DNA of 64,000 nt. It comes from Candidatus Sumerlaeaceae bacterium. Lineage in GTDB: Bacteria; Sumerlaeota; Sumerlaeia; Sumerlaeales; Sumerlaeaceae. This document shows positions 1 to 10,515 of this stretch, piece by piece. Location: contig JBPCLP010000025.1 of NCBI GenBank assembly GCA_051003195.1, positions 1 through 64,000 on the forward strand. Reading direction: 5' to 3'. The position numbers were made by a program, and so were the translations under genes. The notes under the pieces were generated by a model. It did not search any database and was not told the DNA's origin. It saw only the letters and a list, made by a program, of their open reading frames with translations. The first letter of the stretch is position 1. Each line of letters begins with the position of its first letter.

Positions 1-167
1 TTTCAAGTTTTTCAAGTTTTTTTCAAGTTTGCGGTGTAGAAGCTTGAAAGGCTTGCAGATAAATCAAGTTGGCGAAAAATGGGTAATTTCGCCACTTGAA
101 AAACGGTAATCCTCGCGTAAGAATTCGTCGGGGCAGTGGATTTCCGGCTTCCTTGCGCGATGGGCGG
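1..167. repeat. Left copy of ~170-bp inverted repeat (partner at 8340-8507); truncated by window edge
   Basis: Reverse complement of 1-167 aligns with 8340-8507 with few mismatches/indels; includes tandem ACTTGAAA(A) units and a GGCGAAA...TTTCGCC hairpin. Confidence 0.95.
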
Positions 168-533
168 CTTTTTCCGCCAGGCGCAATGACGTAAAAGACC
201 ACGCGGATTGGGCTGCTAAAGTCCGTCTGCCGTCGGTCACGGCGTTCGGGCTGCATAGTTTTCAAAGAACACGTTCAGCTTACGACGCCGACACGTTTAC
301 ACCAGTTTGGTGGGGCCTGTCACTTCCCTGGCGTACCCTTCAGGTGGGGTAAGTCCAATAAAGTCGAAGAACGTTTTGGGCGAACGTGCGCTGGTGCGTG
401 CCGGCAACTCCGGAGGAGGGTCCATGCTCGACGTGCGATGCTGATGAGAGCTTCCGTGAGAAAGATTGATCGTCGAGCGCGCGAAGGGACCGTCTCACTC
501 GTCGCCCGCAACTAACTTGTGGGGAAGTATCGC

Positions 534-570
534 TGACGCTAGCAAATTAATTAGTGAAAACGTCAACCGT
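534..570. repeat. 37-bp site also found at 52658-52694 (35/37 identical)
   Basis: TGACGCTAGCAAATTAATTAGTGAAAACGTCAACCGT vs TGACGTTAGCAACTTAATTAGTGAAAACGTCAACCGT; TGACG...CGTCA arms around an AT-rich core. Confidence 0.9.
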
Positions 571-674
571 CACCGAATTTGTCCGAATCTCGTCCCCGAA
601 TTTCAACATTGTTGCGTGCGGAGGCCAAGGGTACAAAGTTCAGGATGAACTGAGTGGTCAATGTTTGTAGCGCA

Positions 675-1508
675 CTAGCCACCCCAGTTGATTTCGTGAC
701 CGCGAAGAGTACACATGTTACCCCTCAGGCCTTCCAGATGAAATCGCACGTGGTAGCTAATCGCATCCATATGATTAAACCCGTCACGCAAGTTTGGAAG
801 GCCGATTAAAAGATGATCAATCGTGTCGCGTACCGTGCTTACCCAAGCCCTTACAAGGTGCTCGTACTTGTGCGCCTCGTACCCTATTTCGTCAACGGTA
901 ACAGCGTCCACGACATGTAAAATATGGCAGCGGAGATCGACGGGTGAGACAATCTCAAAAGTGACTGAGTGGAGCTTTGCGCAGGTTGTGGCACCTAGCC
1001 TTAACTGAACTGTGAACCATTCCCACTCGCTAGGAGTGTAGTTTGAGGAGGTAAGTCTATGAAACAGAGCATCTGCATTATCCATTGCTTGCGCTCCAAA
1101 TAGCGGATTTCGACCAAAAGAACCGGTTTCCCGAGTAAACTTACCATTTTGCGATAAGCCAAAGATTTCTGCTGAGATCGGAATGTTTGCCAGCTTAGGC
1201 AACTCCGCAATAAACCGAAAACAAGTCACAGGCTCGTATGGCAGTAAAGCTTTGAGGTGCTTGGAAATCCATTGGAGTTCAGCCGTTATACGGATCGAGA
1301 ATTTATGCTCGGTTAGTTCGCTGGGATCACCTAGAGCTACACCCCAATTGATAACCGGATCCCAGACACGGCAGAAAAACAAAGTGCCAAGTTTCCCATT
1401 CGCGCGGTAGTATTCTATGTAATAGTTGCCTTGATTGACTTCAAAGTTACGAAGCAACAGCAAACTTTCTAACCACTTATAGGCCGTAATTGTAGCTGAC
1501 GTTGTCAT
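675..1508 (-). CDS. Hypothetical protein (277 aa), lower GC than flanking core genes
   Basis: Long ORF with ATG start and plausible globular composition; no motif recognised. Confidence 0.7.
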   Translation of the reverse strand: MTTSATITAYKWLESLLLLRNFEVNQGNYYIEYYRANGKLGTLFFCRVWDPVINWGVALGDPSELTEHKFSIRITAELQWISKHLKALLPYEPVTCFRFIAELPKLANIPISAEIFGLSQNGKFTRETGSFGRNPLFGAQAMDNADALFHRLTSSNYTPSEWEWFTVQLRLGATTCAKLHSVTFEIVSPVDLRCHILHVVDAVTVDEIGYEAHKYEHLVRAWVSTVRDTIDHLLIGLPNLRDGFNHMDAISYHVRFHLEGLRGNMCTLRGHEINWGG

Positions 1509-1703
1509 GGACGGAGCATGTTTCGTGTCGTTCCATCATCAGTCAAAGGATTCTCTATAGGGACAACGGGCACGTGGTTGAGTTGCCTGCCTGTTAGTCG
1601 GCCAGTTGCGGTATTGGCGCGAATACGCAATGGCTCATACGCTGCACGACGCAAAAAGAAAATTTACACGTCGCCAATTTTCCCTCCCTATTCCTTTACA
1701 TCT

Positions 1704-2531
1704 TCACTGCGCGTTGACATCTTCGGCAGAGCACATAAAAGCTTCCATGCGTTCGGGCAGTCTTCGCACATACTCCACCAGTTCCGCCAGCAGGTTAATC
1801 GCTTGCGGTGCCGTCTCCTCGGTAATGTAATCCCAGTCGCCCGATCCGAATCCAAACAGACGCTCGTAATTCAGACGATAGAGTTGCCATCCCGGCCGAT
1901 GCAGATCGATTTCGTATCGGAGCTGTTGACACCACGTACCTCCAAAATCGATCTTTACGACAACGGGTGAGGCTTCTCCTTCACTGGTACGGTATTCCCA
2001 GTCCCCACCGCCGAGTTTTTTAGGCACCAACCCGAACCGCTCTTCGAACACCTGCTTGATCAATTTGCGGAGATCCGCAGCTTTTGCGGTAGTGACGTGA
2101 TCCAAACGCGCCAGGAGCTCATCCGACATCGGAAACATTACCTGCTTACGTATGTGTTCGTGCTCACTGCGCTGCCAGCCCGCAGCATTCTTCAGCAGCT
2201 TTAGCGGCAGTTCGTCCAAGACTGACACACCACGTGTGCTCTGAAAAAAACTCTCCCAGACTGCGAGTTCGGATTCGGGCAGCTTAGTATTGCCCCATTC
2301 GGGGCTGAAATAGTCGGACACCTTGAGAGCAACAGCAGATTGCAACAAGTACTGCGTCGCCTGATCCAGCTTACCAAATTGCTTTAAAGAAATACGGATG
2401 TGAGTGTCAGGCACACGCGAGAGCACCGGAAAGCCGGAGACGTGCTCGGCCTCGAACTCCGCACGAAAAAATCTAATCACGCATTCGCGATCAAGCGGAC
2501 ACTTCTTCTCGGGTAGCCACGGGTACGTCAT
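1704..2531 (-). CDS. Hypothetical protein (275 aa)
   Basis: Long ORF; start overlaps stop of upstream ORF (ATGA coupling at 2528-2531). Confidence 0.75.
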   Translation of the reverse strand: MTYPWLPEKKCPLDRECVIRFFRAEFEAEHVSGFPVLSRVPDTHIRISLKQFGKLDQATQYLLQSAVALKVSDYFSPEWGNTKLPESELAVWESFFQSTRGVSVLDELPLKLLKNAAGWQRSEHEHIRKQVMFPMSDELLARLDHVTTAKAADLRKLIKQVFEERFGLVPKKLGGGDWEYRTSEGEASPVVVKIDFGGTWCQQLRYEIDLHRPGWQLYRLNYERLFGFGSGDWDYITEETAPQAINLLAELVEYVRRLPERMEAFMCSAEDVNAQ

Positions 2532-2845
2532 CTTGGATTGTGCTGGCGAGTTAATCGCTCCGTTTGGCTGATCGCGCGATGGAGCACAGGTAGCAGCGCC
2601 TGCGCCATGCGTTCCGTCTCTGCACGCATCTGCTTACGAGAATAGTGGCCGAGTGGAATTTCCCCCTGCACGGATATCCCTGTGCGTCGGCACGTCACCG
2701 TAATCAGCCGTGAAGACAGATCCAGACTGCGGCTCTGACGAGCCTTCTTTCGGCCACTACTCATTGACCCGCTCCATCCGACGGACACATCCTGCAAGGT
2801 GAGGGTGGTATGGTTGTCGGACGATTTCCGGATCATTGATAACAT
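2528..2845 (-). CDS. Hypothetical basic protein (105 aa)
   Basis: ORF coupled to 1704-2531 by ATGA overlap. Confidence 0.55.
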   Translation of the reverse strand: MLSMIRKSSDNHTTLTLQDVSVGWSGSMSSGRKKARQSRSLDLSSRLITVTCRRTGISVQGEIPLGHYSRKQMRAETERMAQALLPVLHRAISQTERLTRQHNPR

Positions 2846-2897
2846 ATATTGATGCGTTTAGACATTTGCAACATAGCTACACAGCGCGTCTTTTGCT

Positions 2898-3686
2898 TTT
2901 GAGGGGACAGGTTATCCATTGATTCGAGCTGCATGCATCATGTAGCTGGTAGGGTGTGGCTAGATTTGCAAGAGTTGTTGTTCCGGGGTACCCCTACCAC
3001 GTGACTCATCGTGGCAACCCGCGCGAGCATGTCTTCAGCACCGCCGAGCACCGCGAAGTCTACCTGGCAATGCTCCAGCAGTACGCGCACCACTACAAAC
3101 TGGATGTGTGGGCGTACTGCCTCATGACCAACCACATCCACCTGATCGTTGTTCCGGGCCAACCCGACTCCATGGCAAATGCAATTGTACGCGCGCACAT
3201 GCGCTACGCCCGCTGGTACAATCGCGAAAACGGCTGGAGCGGTCATCTTTGGGCGAATCGATTCTACTCAACCGTACTCGACGAAGACCACCTGTGGCAT
3301 GGCGTGCGATACGTGGAAGCAAACCCGCTGCGTGCCCGCATGGTCGCCCAGGCCGAGCAATACGCCTGGAGCAGTTGCGCCGCACACGCGACACTGGCGC
3401 CGGCCCACACCATACTCGCCCCCACACGCCCGTTCCCCGGTCACATCACATCCGATCAATGGGCGGACTGGATTAACAAGCGCGCGCCCGAACCCGTGGA
3501 AGCCGCGTTGCGTCTAAATACATCCACCGGCCGGCCGGCAGACAGCCCTCCATTTGTCCAAAATCTAGAAGCCGCACTGGGGCGCCTGCTCAGCCGCCAA
3601 AAGACAGGTCGAAAACCAAAAGCCGAGCAACCCAACGCCACCCCTGATCTCTTTGACCCACTCAATGCATAACCTGTTCCCTCAAA
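2898..3686 (+). mobile_element. RAYT/IS200-like unit bounded by 25-bp terminal inverted repeats
   Basis: TTTGAGGGGACAGGTTATCCATTGA (2898-2922) and TCAATGCATAACCTGTTCCCTCAAA (3662-3686) are inverted repeats with 2 mismatches enclosing the transposase. Confidence 0.8.
2956..3672 (+). CDS. REP-associated tyrosine transposase (Y1/HUH, IS200-like superfamily)
   Basis: Motifs YHVTHRGN, AYCLMTNHIHL (HUH), GHLWANRFYS, YVEANP, YAWSS. Confidence 0.93.
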   Translation: MARFARVVVPGYPYHVTHRGNPREHVFSTAEHREVYLAMLQQYAHHYKLDVWAYCLMTNHIHLIVVPGQPDSMANAIVRAHMRYARWYNRENGWSGHLWANRFYSTVLDEDHLWHGVRYVEANPLRARMVAQAEQYAWSSCAAHATLAPAHTILAPTRPFPGHITSDQWADWINKRAPEPVEAALRLNTSTGRPADSPPFVQNLEAALGRLLSRQKTGRKPKAEQPNATPDLFDPLNA

Positions 3687-3880
3687 TCCTGCTTCCTGCG
3701 GCGAAACAGATTTCTCTGCTCGATCGGACAAACCAGGCTGATCTTGAGCTGATCGATGGCATCGTACCCTGATGGGGGCACTGCCCGCGTCCACGTAGCA
3801 CTCAAATCATAAATTATTGACTGCTGCATCTGCCTGTTAAAAGCTCTTCGTTTTATCGCGCAAACAAGAGGGAGTTTCAC

Positions 3881-6553
3881 ATGCTGCGAATGAACCGCCA
3901 TCTTCATCAATTTCTGTGTATTGCCCTGGTAAATCTGGTTTCATGTGCATTTGCCGAAGACTGGACCTGGTTGAAGGGCGGGTATCTGCCGGATGCTTAC
4001 GGTGCATATGGAACGCTCGGTATGCCAGCAGCTTCCAATTTTCCCGGTAAACGCTTAACCCATGTTACATGGCGAGACAACAGCGGAAATCTGTGGCTCT
4101 TCGGTGGCGCAGGTTACGGCACGACTGCCTTTGGTTCTCTTAATGATCTGTGGAAGTATGATTCGACTCTTTCGCAATGGGTTTGGGTTACCGGCAGTAC
4201 TGCAATTAATCAGAACGGTACTTATGGAATACTGGGCTCCGCTGCTGCAGCCAACACTCCCGGCGCTCGCCAATCACCCGCTGTATGGACCGATAACGCA
4301 GGAAACTTATGGCTGTTTGGTGGTTTTGGTTACGCTGCAGCCGGCAGTATCGGATATTTGAACGACTTGTGGAAGTACGACGTGAGTACCGGCATGTGGA
4401 CGTGGGTCAAAGGCAGCAATGTAACTGGCCAGGCAGGTGTTTATGGAACGCAAAACGTTGGATCCGCCAGCAACGTCCCCGGAGCCCGCAGCGAATCCGT
4501 GGCTTGGACGGACACGACGGGCACGCTGTGGCTGCAGGGCGGTAATTTACTCGGAGATTTGTGGAAATACGAGATCGGGTCCAATGAATGGACATGGATC
4601 AAAGGCACCAATGTTACAAACGAGGCAGCCAACTACGGCACCCAGGGTGTTGCCGCTGCGACGAATGCTCCCGGAGCTCGGAGGCTTGCGGTGGGTTGGA
4701 GCACAACCGGTACACTTTGGCTCTTCGGAGGCTATACCTCACCTGGCGGGTACAATAGCGACCTATGGAAGTTTGATCTAAGTTCGGGCAATTGGACTTG
4801 GATGAAAGGCAGCAACACTTCCCTGGCAAATGGAATCTATGGTACCCAGGGCGTAGAAGCCGCTGCCAACACGCCGGGCGCCAGGCATCATGGAGTAACC
4901 TGGACCGATACTTCAGGCAGGCTGTGGCTTCTGGGCGGCGGATTCGGTCCACCTTCGCCATTACAGTCGTATAACGACCTATGGAGGTACTCCCCGCAGA
5001 CCGGGAACTGGACGTGGATGAAAGGTCTCGGAGGAAGTTTCTTTACGGCCTTGAACGGTCCTGGCACTTATGGAACTCAAGGCAGCCCAGGAGCGTCGAA
5101 TACGCCAGGAGCGAGACAGTGGTCCTCGGGGTGGATCGACAACAGTGGTAATCTTATTTGCTTTGGTGGAATTGGTGTCGGTACCGGGGCAGTCGGCTGC
5201 CTTAACGACATGTGGAAATACGATACAACGACGGGCAATTGGACGTGGTTGAACGGCAGCTATTCCGTTAACACTGGCGAAGGCATCTCCGGACTGTATG
5301 GCACACAGGGTGTTGCATCATCGTCAAATGCTCCTGGCGCACGCTGGGACGCAGTGTCGTGGTCCGACAACAGCGGTAATTTCTGGTTGTATGGCGGCAT
5401 TGGCTTCGCCGAAGCTGGTGAACTCTGGTGGGTAATCAGCGACGTGTGGAAATATGACACTGCCACGGGCAACTGGACGTGGATGGATGGCAGCACCACT
5501 CCCTCTGAAGCTGCCGTTTACGGCACGCAAGGTGTCGCGGATCCAGCGAATACTCCCGGTGCAAATGCCGACGGCGCAACCTGGACCGACAATTCTGGCA
5601 ACTTATGGTTGCTGATAAGTGGCGGCAATGCTCTTTGGAGGTATAACCCGGGGTCAGGTAATTGGACTTGGATGAAGGGCACAAGCATACTCAATCAACA
5701 AGGGACATATGGGTCCCAGGGCGTTCCAGATCCCGCGAATACCCCAGGCACCCGCCGTGGAGCAGTATCCTGGACCGACAACGCTGGAAATCTTTGGTTG
5801 CTCGGCGGCGCGGTTTACAATGGCACCTCGCAGGCTGACTACCGTAACGACTTGTGGAAATATGAAATCGGTTCTGGAAACTGGACTTGGATAAAGGGGA
5901 GCAGCACCGGCAATCCGCCGGGAGTTTATGGCACACTGGGACAGGCCGCTGCCGCAAATACGCCGGGCGGACGATATTACGCGGTCTCATGGAAAGACGC
6001 GGCTGGAGACTTTTGGCTCTTCGGTGGCGAGGGTTATGCTGCAGCATCACTTGGAAGACTAAACGATTTGTGGAAATATGAAGTCGCCTCGAATACCTGG
6101 ACGTGGATGAAAGGCAGCAACGGTCTGAATCAATTCGCAACCTACGGCAGCCTGGGTTTCCCGGCAGCAACCAATAAGCCGGGCGCGCGAATGCACGGCG
6201 TCGCCTGGACCGATCCTACAGGAGCGCTTCTGCTCTTTGGCGGTTTCGGTAACACTGTCTCAAGTGCCGGGGAATTAAATGACCTTTGGAAATACACCCC
6301 GTCTACCGGCAACTGGACCTGGATTAATGGCAGCAATTTGCCGAACCGATATAGTGTGTATGGTTCTGCTGGCGTTCCAGCACCTTCTAATGTTATAGGC
6401 GGGCGCGAAGGCGGCACCGGTAAACGCGTCGGCAACGCGTTCTACATGTTCGGCGGCTACGGATATGGAGCATCCATTAATAATGAGTTTCTTGGCGATC
6501 TGTGGCAAGTTGTGCCGGCTCCCAGCCAGATCGACAGCTGGATGTTATACTAA
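3881..6553 (+). CDS. Secreted Kelch/galactose-oxidase-type beta-propeller repeat protein (890 aa)
   Basis: N-terminal signal peptide; about a dozen ~65-aa repeats NDLWKY..NWTWMKGS..YGTQG..NTPGAR..WTD..GNLWLFGG; C-terminal SQIDSWMLY tail. Confidence 0.9.
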   Translation: MLRMNRHLHQFLCIALVNLVSCAFAEDWTWLKGGYLPDAYGAYGTLGMPAASNFPGKRLTHVTWRDNSGNLWLFGGAGYGTTAFGSLNDLWKYDSTLSQWVWVTGSTAINQNGTYGILGSAAAANTPGARQSPAVWTDNAGNLWLFGGFGYAAAGSIGYLNDLWKYDVSTGMWTWVKGSNVTGQAGVYGTQNVGSASNVPGARSESVAWTDTTGTLWLQGGNLLGDLWKYEIGSNEWTWIKGTNVTNEAANYGTQGVAAATNAPGARRLAVGWSTTGTLWLFGGYTSPGGYNSDLWKFDLSSGNWTWMKGSNTSLANGIYGTQGVEAAANTPGARHHGVTWTDTSGRLWLLGGGFGPPSPLQSYNDLWRYSPQTGNWTWMKGLGGSFFTALNGPGTYGTQGSPGASNTPGARQWSSGWIDNSGNLICFGGIGVGTGAVGCLNDMWKYDTTTGNWTWLNGSYSVNTGEGISGLYGTQGVASSSNAPGARWDAVSWSDNSGNFWLYGGIGFAEAGELWWVISDVWKYDTATGNWTWMDGSTTPSEAAVYGTQGVADPANTPGANADGATWTDNSGNLWLLISGGNALWRYNPGSGNWTWMKGTSILNQQGTYGSQGVPDPANTPGTRRGAVSWTDNAGNLWLLGGAVYNGTSQADYRNDLWKYEIGSGNWTWIKGSSTGNPPGVYGTLGQAAAANTPGGRYYAVSWKDAAGDFWLFGGEGYAAASLGRLNDLWKYEVASNTWTWMKGSNGLNQFATYGSLGFPAATNKPGARMHGVAWTDPTGALLLFGGFGNTVSSAGELNDLWKYTPSTGNWTWINGSNLPNRYSVYGSAGVPAPSNVIGGREGGTGKRVGNAFYMFGGYGYGASINNEFLGDLWQVVPAPSQIDSWMLY

Positions 6554-6804
6554 GAAATAACGGAGAGTTCCGGGGACAGAGCTGCGGACGGAAAATTTAG
6601 ACCTGCTTCAGTTCTTTCGACAGTCGTCATGCCGCCGGGCGGCACCCTGAAACGATGAAAATTCCTCGCCATCGCGATCACTTTTTTGGCAATTGGTCGA
6701 CTTTCCCATGCGATGCCGAGGAAGGGCCGAACCGCTTCTACCCATCCAACCCATATGTTGTACTCTTCACGTCAGCCACGTCTATATCTGGTTTATTTTC
6801 GAAG

Positions 6805-7113
6805 CAGGTTATCCATTGATTCCAGCTGCATCCATCATGTAGCTGGTACGGGGTGGCTGGATTTGCAAGAGTTGTTGTTCCGGGGTACCCCTTACCGCGT
6901 GACTCATCGTGGCAACCGGCGCGAGCATGTCTTCAGCACCGCCGGACACCGCTAAGTCTACCTGGCAATGCTCGAGCAGTACGCGCACCACTACAAACTG
7001 GATGTGTGGGCGTACTGACTGATGACCAACCAAATCCACCTGATCGTTGTTCCGGGCCAACCCGACTCCATGGCCAAGCCATTGGCCGCGCGCACATGTG
7101 CTACGCGCCCTGG
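6805..7113 (+). pseudogene. Decayed 5' half of a second RAYT copy, including part of its left end
   Basis: High-identity copy of ~2908-3216 with a frameshift (CCCCTTAC) and premature stops (TAA ~6953, TGA ~7016); truncated after the AHMCYAPW-coding region. Confidence 0.9.
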
Positions 7114-7162
7114 CCCAGCCACTCGACGCCGCTCGGTTTGTATTTAGGGTACGGCTTGTACT

Positions 7163-8209
7163 TCATGGCTTCTTGCGCGGGCGAGGTAAGCGTTTCGGAG
7201 GTATGCGTTTTATGGCCGCGTCAAAATCTCCGCCTTTGCGGTCCGACTCTGCGATTCGTTGTCGGTCGAACTTCTCGTATTCGGTTTCGGCGGTTTCTTT
7301 GGCAAGCTGGTGCGAGATCTTGCCCGCATGAGTCAGAATGCCGCGCTCGTTAAGTCGCAGAAACCCGTCCAGCTTTGCAAGCCAGTCTCGCATATACATC
7401 GGGATCCGCCGCATTGCCTGGCCTTCGGCGAAGACAAGGTACTGCTCGACGAGATTATTCAGCGCTGCGAGCTCTGGCTCACCCAGGTAGTTCTTCGCAA
7501 CGACAACATCTCCTTTACGGACCTTAGCGCCGCGCCAGGTCGTGAGCCCCATGTTTGGCTTACTGCTGTCGGCCCGCTCGTAGATTATTTCTGCGGCTGT
7601 CCTGCCGGTGATCGCCCAGTGCATTTTGTTCTGCACGGTCTGAAAAAACTCAATGCTCATCGGCTGCGTGGGATCGTAGTCGACACTGGTGGCGTAGATG
7701 TCAGTGATCTTCTGATAGAAGCGGCGCTCAGAGGTGCGTATATCCTGGATGCGCCGGAGCAGCTCGTCGAAGTAATCGAACGGCTGGTCCGGGTTTTTTA
7801 GGCGTTCGTCGTCGAGAACGAATCCTTTAACCACGTACTCGCGCAGTTGCTGGGTTGCCCACATGCGGAACTGGGTGGCAACCGCGCTTTTGACGCGGTA
7901 GCCCACGGAGATGATCATATCGAGATTGTAGAAGTCGATCTGGCGGCGGACCTGGCGCCCGCCCTCCTGGCGAACTAACAAGTATTTCTTGTGAGTTGCG
8001 TCCTGCGCAAGTTCGCCCTCTTCGTAGATGGTTTGAATATGCAGACTTATGTTCTGCTGGGTCGTCTGGAATAGTTGGGCCATCTGTAACTGGTTTAGCC
8101 AGACGGTCTCATCCTGCAGGCGTACATCCAGCTTCAGCCTGCCTGCTTCGTCCTGGTAGATGAGCAACTCCCCCTGCGGGGACGGTTCTTCTTGTTGTGG
8201 CTCGGTCAC
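7163..8209 (-). CDS. RhuM-family ('virulence protein') DNA-associated protein
   Basis: Motifs ETVWL..QMAQLF, YNLDMIISVGYRVKS, FRMWAT, KGFVLDDERLK, IRTSERRFYQKITDIYATS, QNKMHWA. Confidence 0.92.
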   Translation of the reverse strand: MTEPQQEEPSPQGELLIYQDEAGRLKLDVRLQDETVWLNQLQMAQLFQTTQQNISLHIQTIYEEGELAQDATHKKYLLVRQEGGRQVRRQIDFYNLDMIISVGYRVKSAVATQFRMWATQQLREYVVKGFVLDDERLKNPDQPFDYFDELLRRIQDIRTSERRFYQKITDIYATSVDYDPTQPMSIEFFQTVQNKMHWAITGRTAAEIIYERADSSKPNMGLTTWRGAKVRKGDVVVAKNYLGEPELAALNNLVEQYLVFAEGQAMRRIPMYMRDWLAKLDGFLRLNERGILTHAGKISHQLAKETAETEYEKFDRQRIAESDRKGGDFDAAIKRIPPKRLPRPRKKP

Positions 8210-8339
8210 GTAGTGACTTCTTTCAGCATCTTGAGGATGTCCGATTCGAGACGTTTATCGGAAGCTCCACATTCACTTGTGCAACCTCAGAATGGGTGAG
8301 CCAGCACCAGGTAGAGCGGGACCCACCACAAGATAGAGA

Positions 8340-8515
8340 CCGCCCATCGCGCAAGGAAGCCGGAAATCCACGGCCCTCGGCGAATTCTTACGCGAGGATT
8401 ACCGTTTTTCAAGTGGCGAAATTACCCCGTTTTCGCCAACTTGATTTATCTGCAAGCCTTTCAAGCCTCTACACGCCAACTTGAAAACCAACTTGAAAAA
8501 CTTGAAAACTTGAAA
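8340..8515. repeat. Right copy of ~170-bp inverted repeat, ending in four ACTTGAAA units
   Basis: Inverted match to 1-167. Confidence 0.95.
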
Positions 8516-8628
8516 GCCTCCAACCGCAGTCGGTTGTCTCATCGGGGTGTCGCTTTGTTTCACGGTGAGGCGGTGCCAACCGGATGGATCGAGTGTGGTC
8601 ACCCAGCCCGTAACTTCAACGTCATCCG

Positions 8629-10272
8629 TTATTTTTGCGGAGCGCTGGAATGCGGTGGTTTTGGAGGTAGATGCAGGTGGAAGGTTGAGCCTTGTCCCTG
8701 TTGGCTCTCGACGGTAAGGCTTCCGCCCATCTTCTCGGCAAGGTAGCGGCTGATTGCGAGGCCCAGCCCGCTGCCTCCATATCGGCGTGTGAAGCTTGGA
8801 TCGAGCTGCTGGAACTTCTGAAACAACTTCGAGATCTGCTCGGGTGTCATCCCGATGCCAGAATCGATCACGCTGAACTGGATCCAGCCGTCGTGCCTGG
8901 CGGGCGCGCAGCAGACACTGAGAATAATGGAGCCCGAATGCGTAAACTTGGCGGCGTTGCTGAGCAGGTTGAACAGTATCTGCCGCAGACGTATGGAGTC
9001 CACCACGAAAAAACCGTCATCCGCGTTCAGTTCTGTCTGGAGTTCAAGCGAGTTTCCATTTTTGGTGGCGAGTGGCCTGACGGTATTGATGACTTCGGTC
9101 AGCAGCGGGAGCAGGTCGACTTGTTCCGGGAACATCGTCAGCTTGCCGGCCTCAATTTTGGAGAGGTCGAGTATGTCGTTGATTAACGAGAGCAGATGCG
9201 TGGCGGCGGACTTGATATTTCCGAGATCGCTGGTTACTCGATCCGGTGTCACGTCTTGAATTTCCTCCTGCAGCATCTCCGCATATCCGATGACGGCGGT
9301 GAGAGGGGTGCGCAATTCGTGGCTCATATTGGCCAGGAAAAGACTCTTGGCGCGGCTGGCTTCCAGTGCGGAGTCGCGTGCAACAATAAGTTCGCCGTTC
9401 AGGCGCGAGCGTTCTGCGATAATAGCACCAAGTATAAGGCCGGTGATGGCGAGCGCTGCGATGAACGCCTGCAGCAACCTGAGATTAATCGCCTGCGAAT
9501 ACTGCGCAAATGGCCCGCTTCCCTGGACAGTGAGCAAAGCAGAGATGGCGGCGATGATGAGGATGGCAAGCGTAGAGCCCCTCTGCTCGAACCGCAGTGC
9601 TGCCCAGATCAGGATTGGAAACTCGAAGTACTGTAAGGAAGTCGCCCGGTGCGATGGGCCAAGAGTTAACGTGAGTACGGTAAATGTGAGCAACACGGCA
9701 GCCAGTGCCGCTGCCTCCAGTCGCCTTGAAAGCGGCAGCTTCGGCGTGGACTGCAACCACACCAGCATCGCGGGGGCAACTGCAAGAATACCCATGCCGT
9801 CGCCGACCCACCACGTGATCCATACAAAGTGGAATTCGGGCCACTGTGTGATGCCCCCTGCACACAGTGCCACGGAACCAGCCGTTGCGGCAATCATTGT
9901 GCTGCCCACCACGCAGCAGAGCAGCAGGCTAAGAACGTCGCGAACGCGGTCCATGCTGTTGCGAAAGTTGCAAAAGCGCTGCAGCAGAATGGCACCGATC
10001 ACGCCTTCAAGCGTATTGCCCGCCGCAATTATGGCGGCCACCCACATTGGCTCGCCGGAAAAGTAATTTGCAAGGAAAGCGCCCAGCGTGATGCCCGGCC
10101 ACAGCCACCTGCCCCATAGCAGGAGGGCGGCCAATGCAAACCCCGAAGCCGGCCAGACCGGCGACACCTGTTTTACAAGGTGTGCGAAGTGGAACCCGGC
10201 GCGCGCCAGCAGAAGATACGCGATTGCAACCATTGCGAGTTGCAACCATGCGCGGCCGGATTTCAGCTTCAT
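8629..10272 (-). CDS. MASE1-domain membrane sensor histidine kinase (no receiver domain)
   Basis: [29 protein letters not shown]1 pattern; [14 protein letters not shown]-box; [22 protein letters not shown] ATPase boxes; start codon uncertain. Confidence 0.92.
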   Translation of the reverse strand: MKLKSGRAWLQLAMVAIAYLLLARAGFHFAHLVKQVSPVWPASGFALAALLLWGRWLWPGITLGAFLANYFSGEPMWVAAIIAAGNTLEGVIGAILLQRFCNFRNSMDRVRDVLSLLLCCVVGSTMIAATAGSVALCAGGITQWPEFHFVWITWWVGDGMGILAVAPAMLVWLQSTPKLPLSRRLEAAALAAVLLTFTVLTLTLGPSHRATSLQYFEFPILIWAALRFEQRGSTLAILIIAAISALLTVQGSGPFAQYSQAINLRLLQAFIAALAITGLILGAIIAERSRLNGELIVARDSALEASRAKSLFLANMSHELRTPLTAVIGYAEMLQEEIQDVTPDRVTSDLGNIKSAATHLLSLINDILDLSKIEAGKLTMFPEQVDLLPLLTEVINTVRPLATKNGNSLELQTELNADDGFFVVDSIRLRQILFNLLSNAAKFTHSGSIILSVCCAPARHDGWIQFSVIDSGIGMTPEQISKLFQKFQQLDPSFTRRYGGSGLGLAISRYLAEKMGGSLTVESQQGQGSTFHLHLPPKPPHSSAPQK

Positions 10273-10515
10273 CGCGAATGCGCTGACAACATTTGAAGGC
10301 CTTCGCAATTAGAAACGCCAAAAGCCAACTGGCCTTTCTGCCACAAACTAAGAAAACAAAAACGGATTCACGAATTAAGTGCAAGACATCGAGCTGTTGC
10401 AGATTCTATATCGGCGCCGTGGAAACGCAGCAATGAGCCACAATTACGACCTTCTGACTCTGTCCGGGTCAGGGCACCCGATGGCGAGAACATCAACCAC
10501 TATGCGCGATACCAA

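Noticed and set aside
500..2900. Integron cassette array
   Set aside because: No integron integrase and no convincing paired RYYYAAC/GTTRRRY attC structures between the ORFs
3881..6553. Recurring GGAAATA/AACTGGAC DNA motifs as a non-coding repeat array
   Set aside because: Explained by protein-level Kelch repeats
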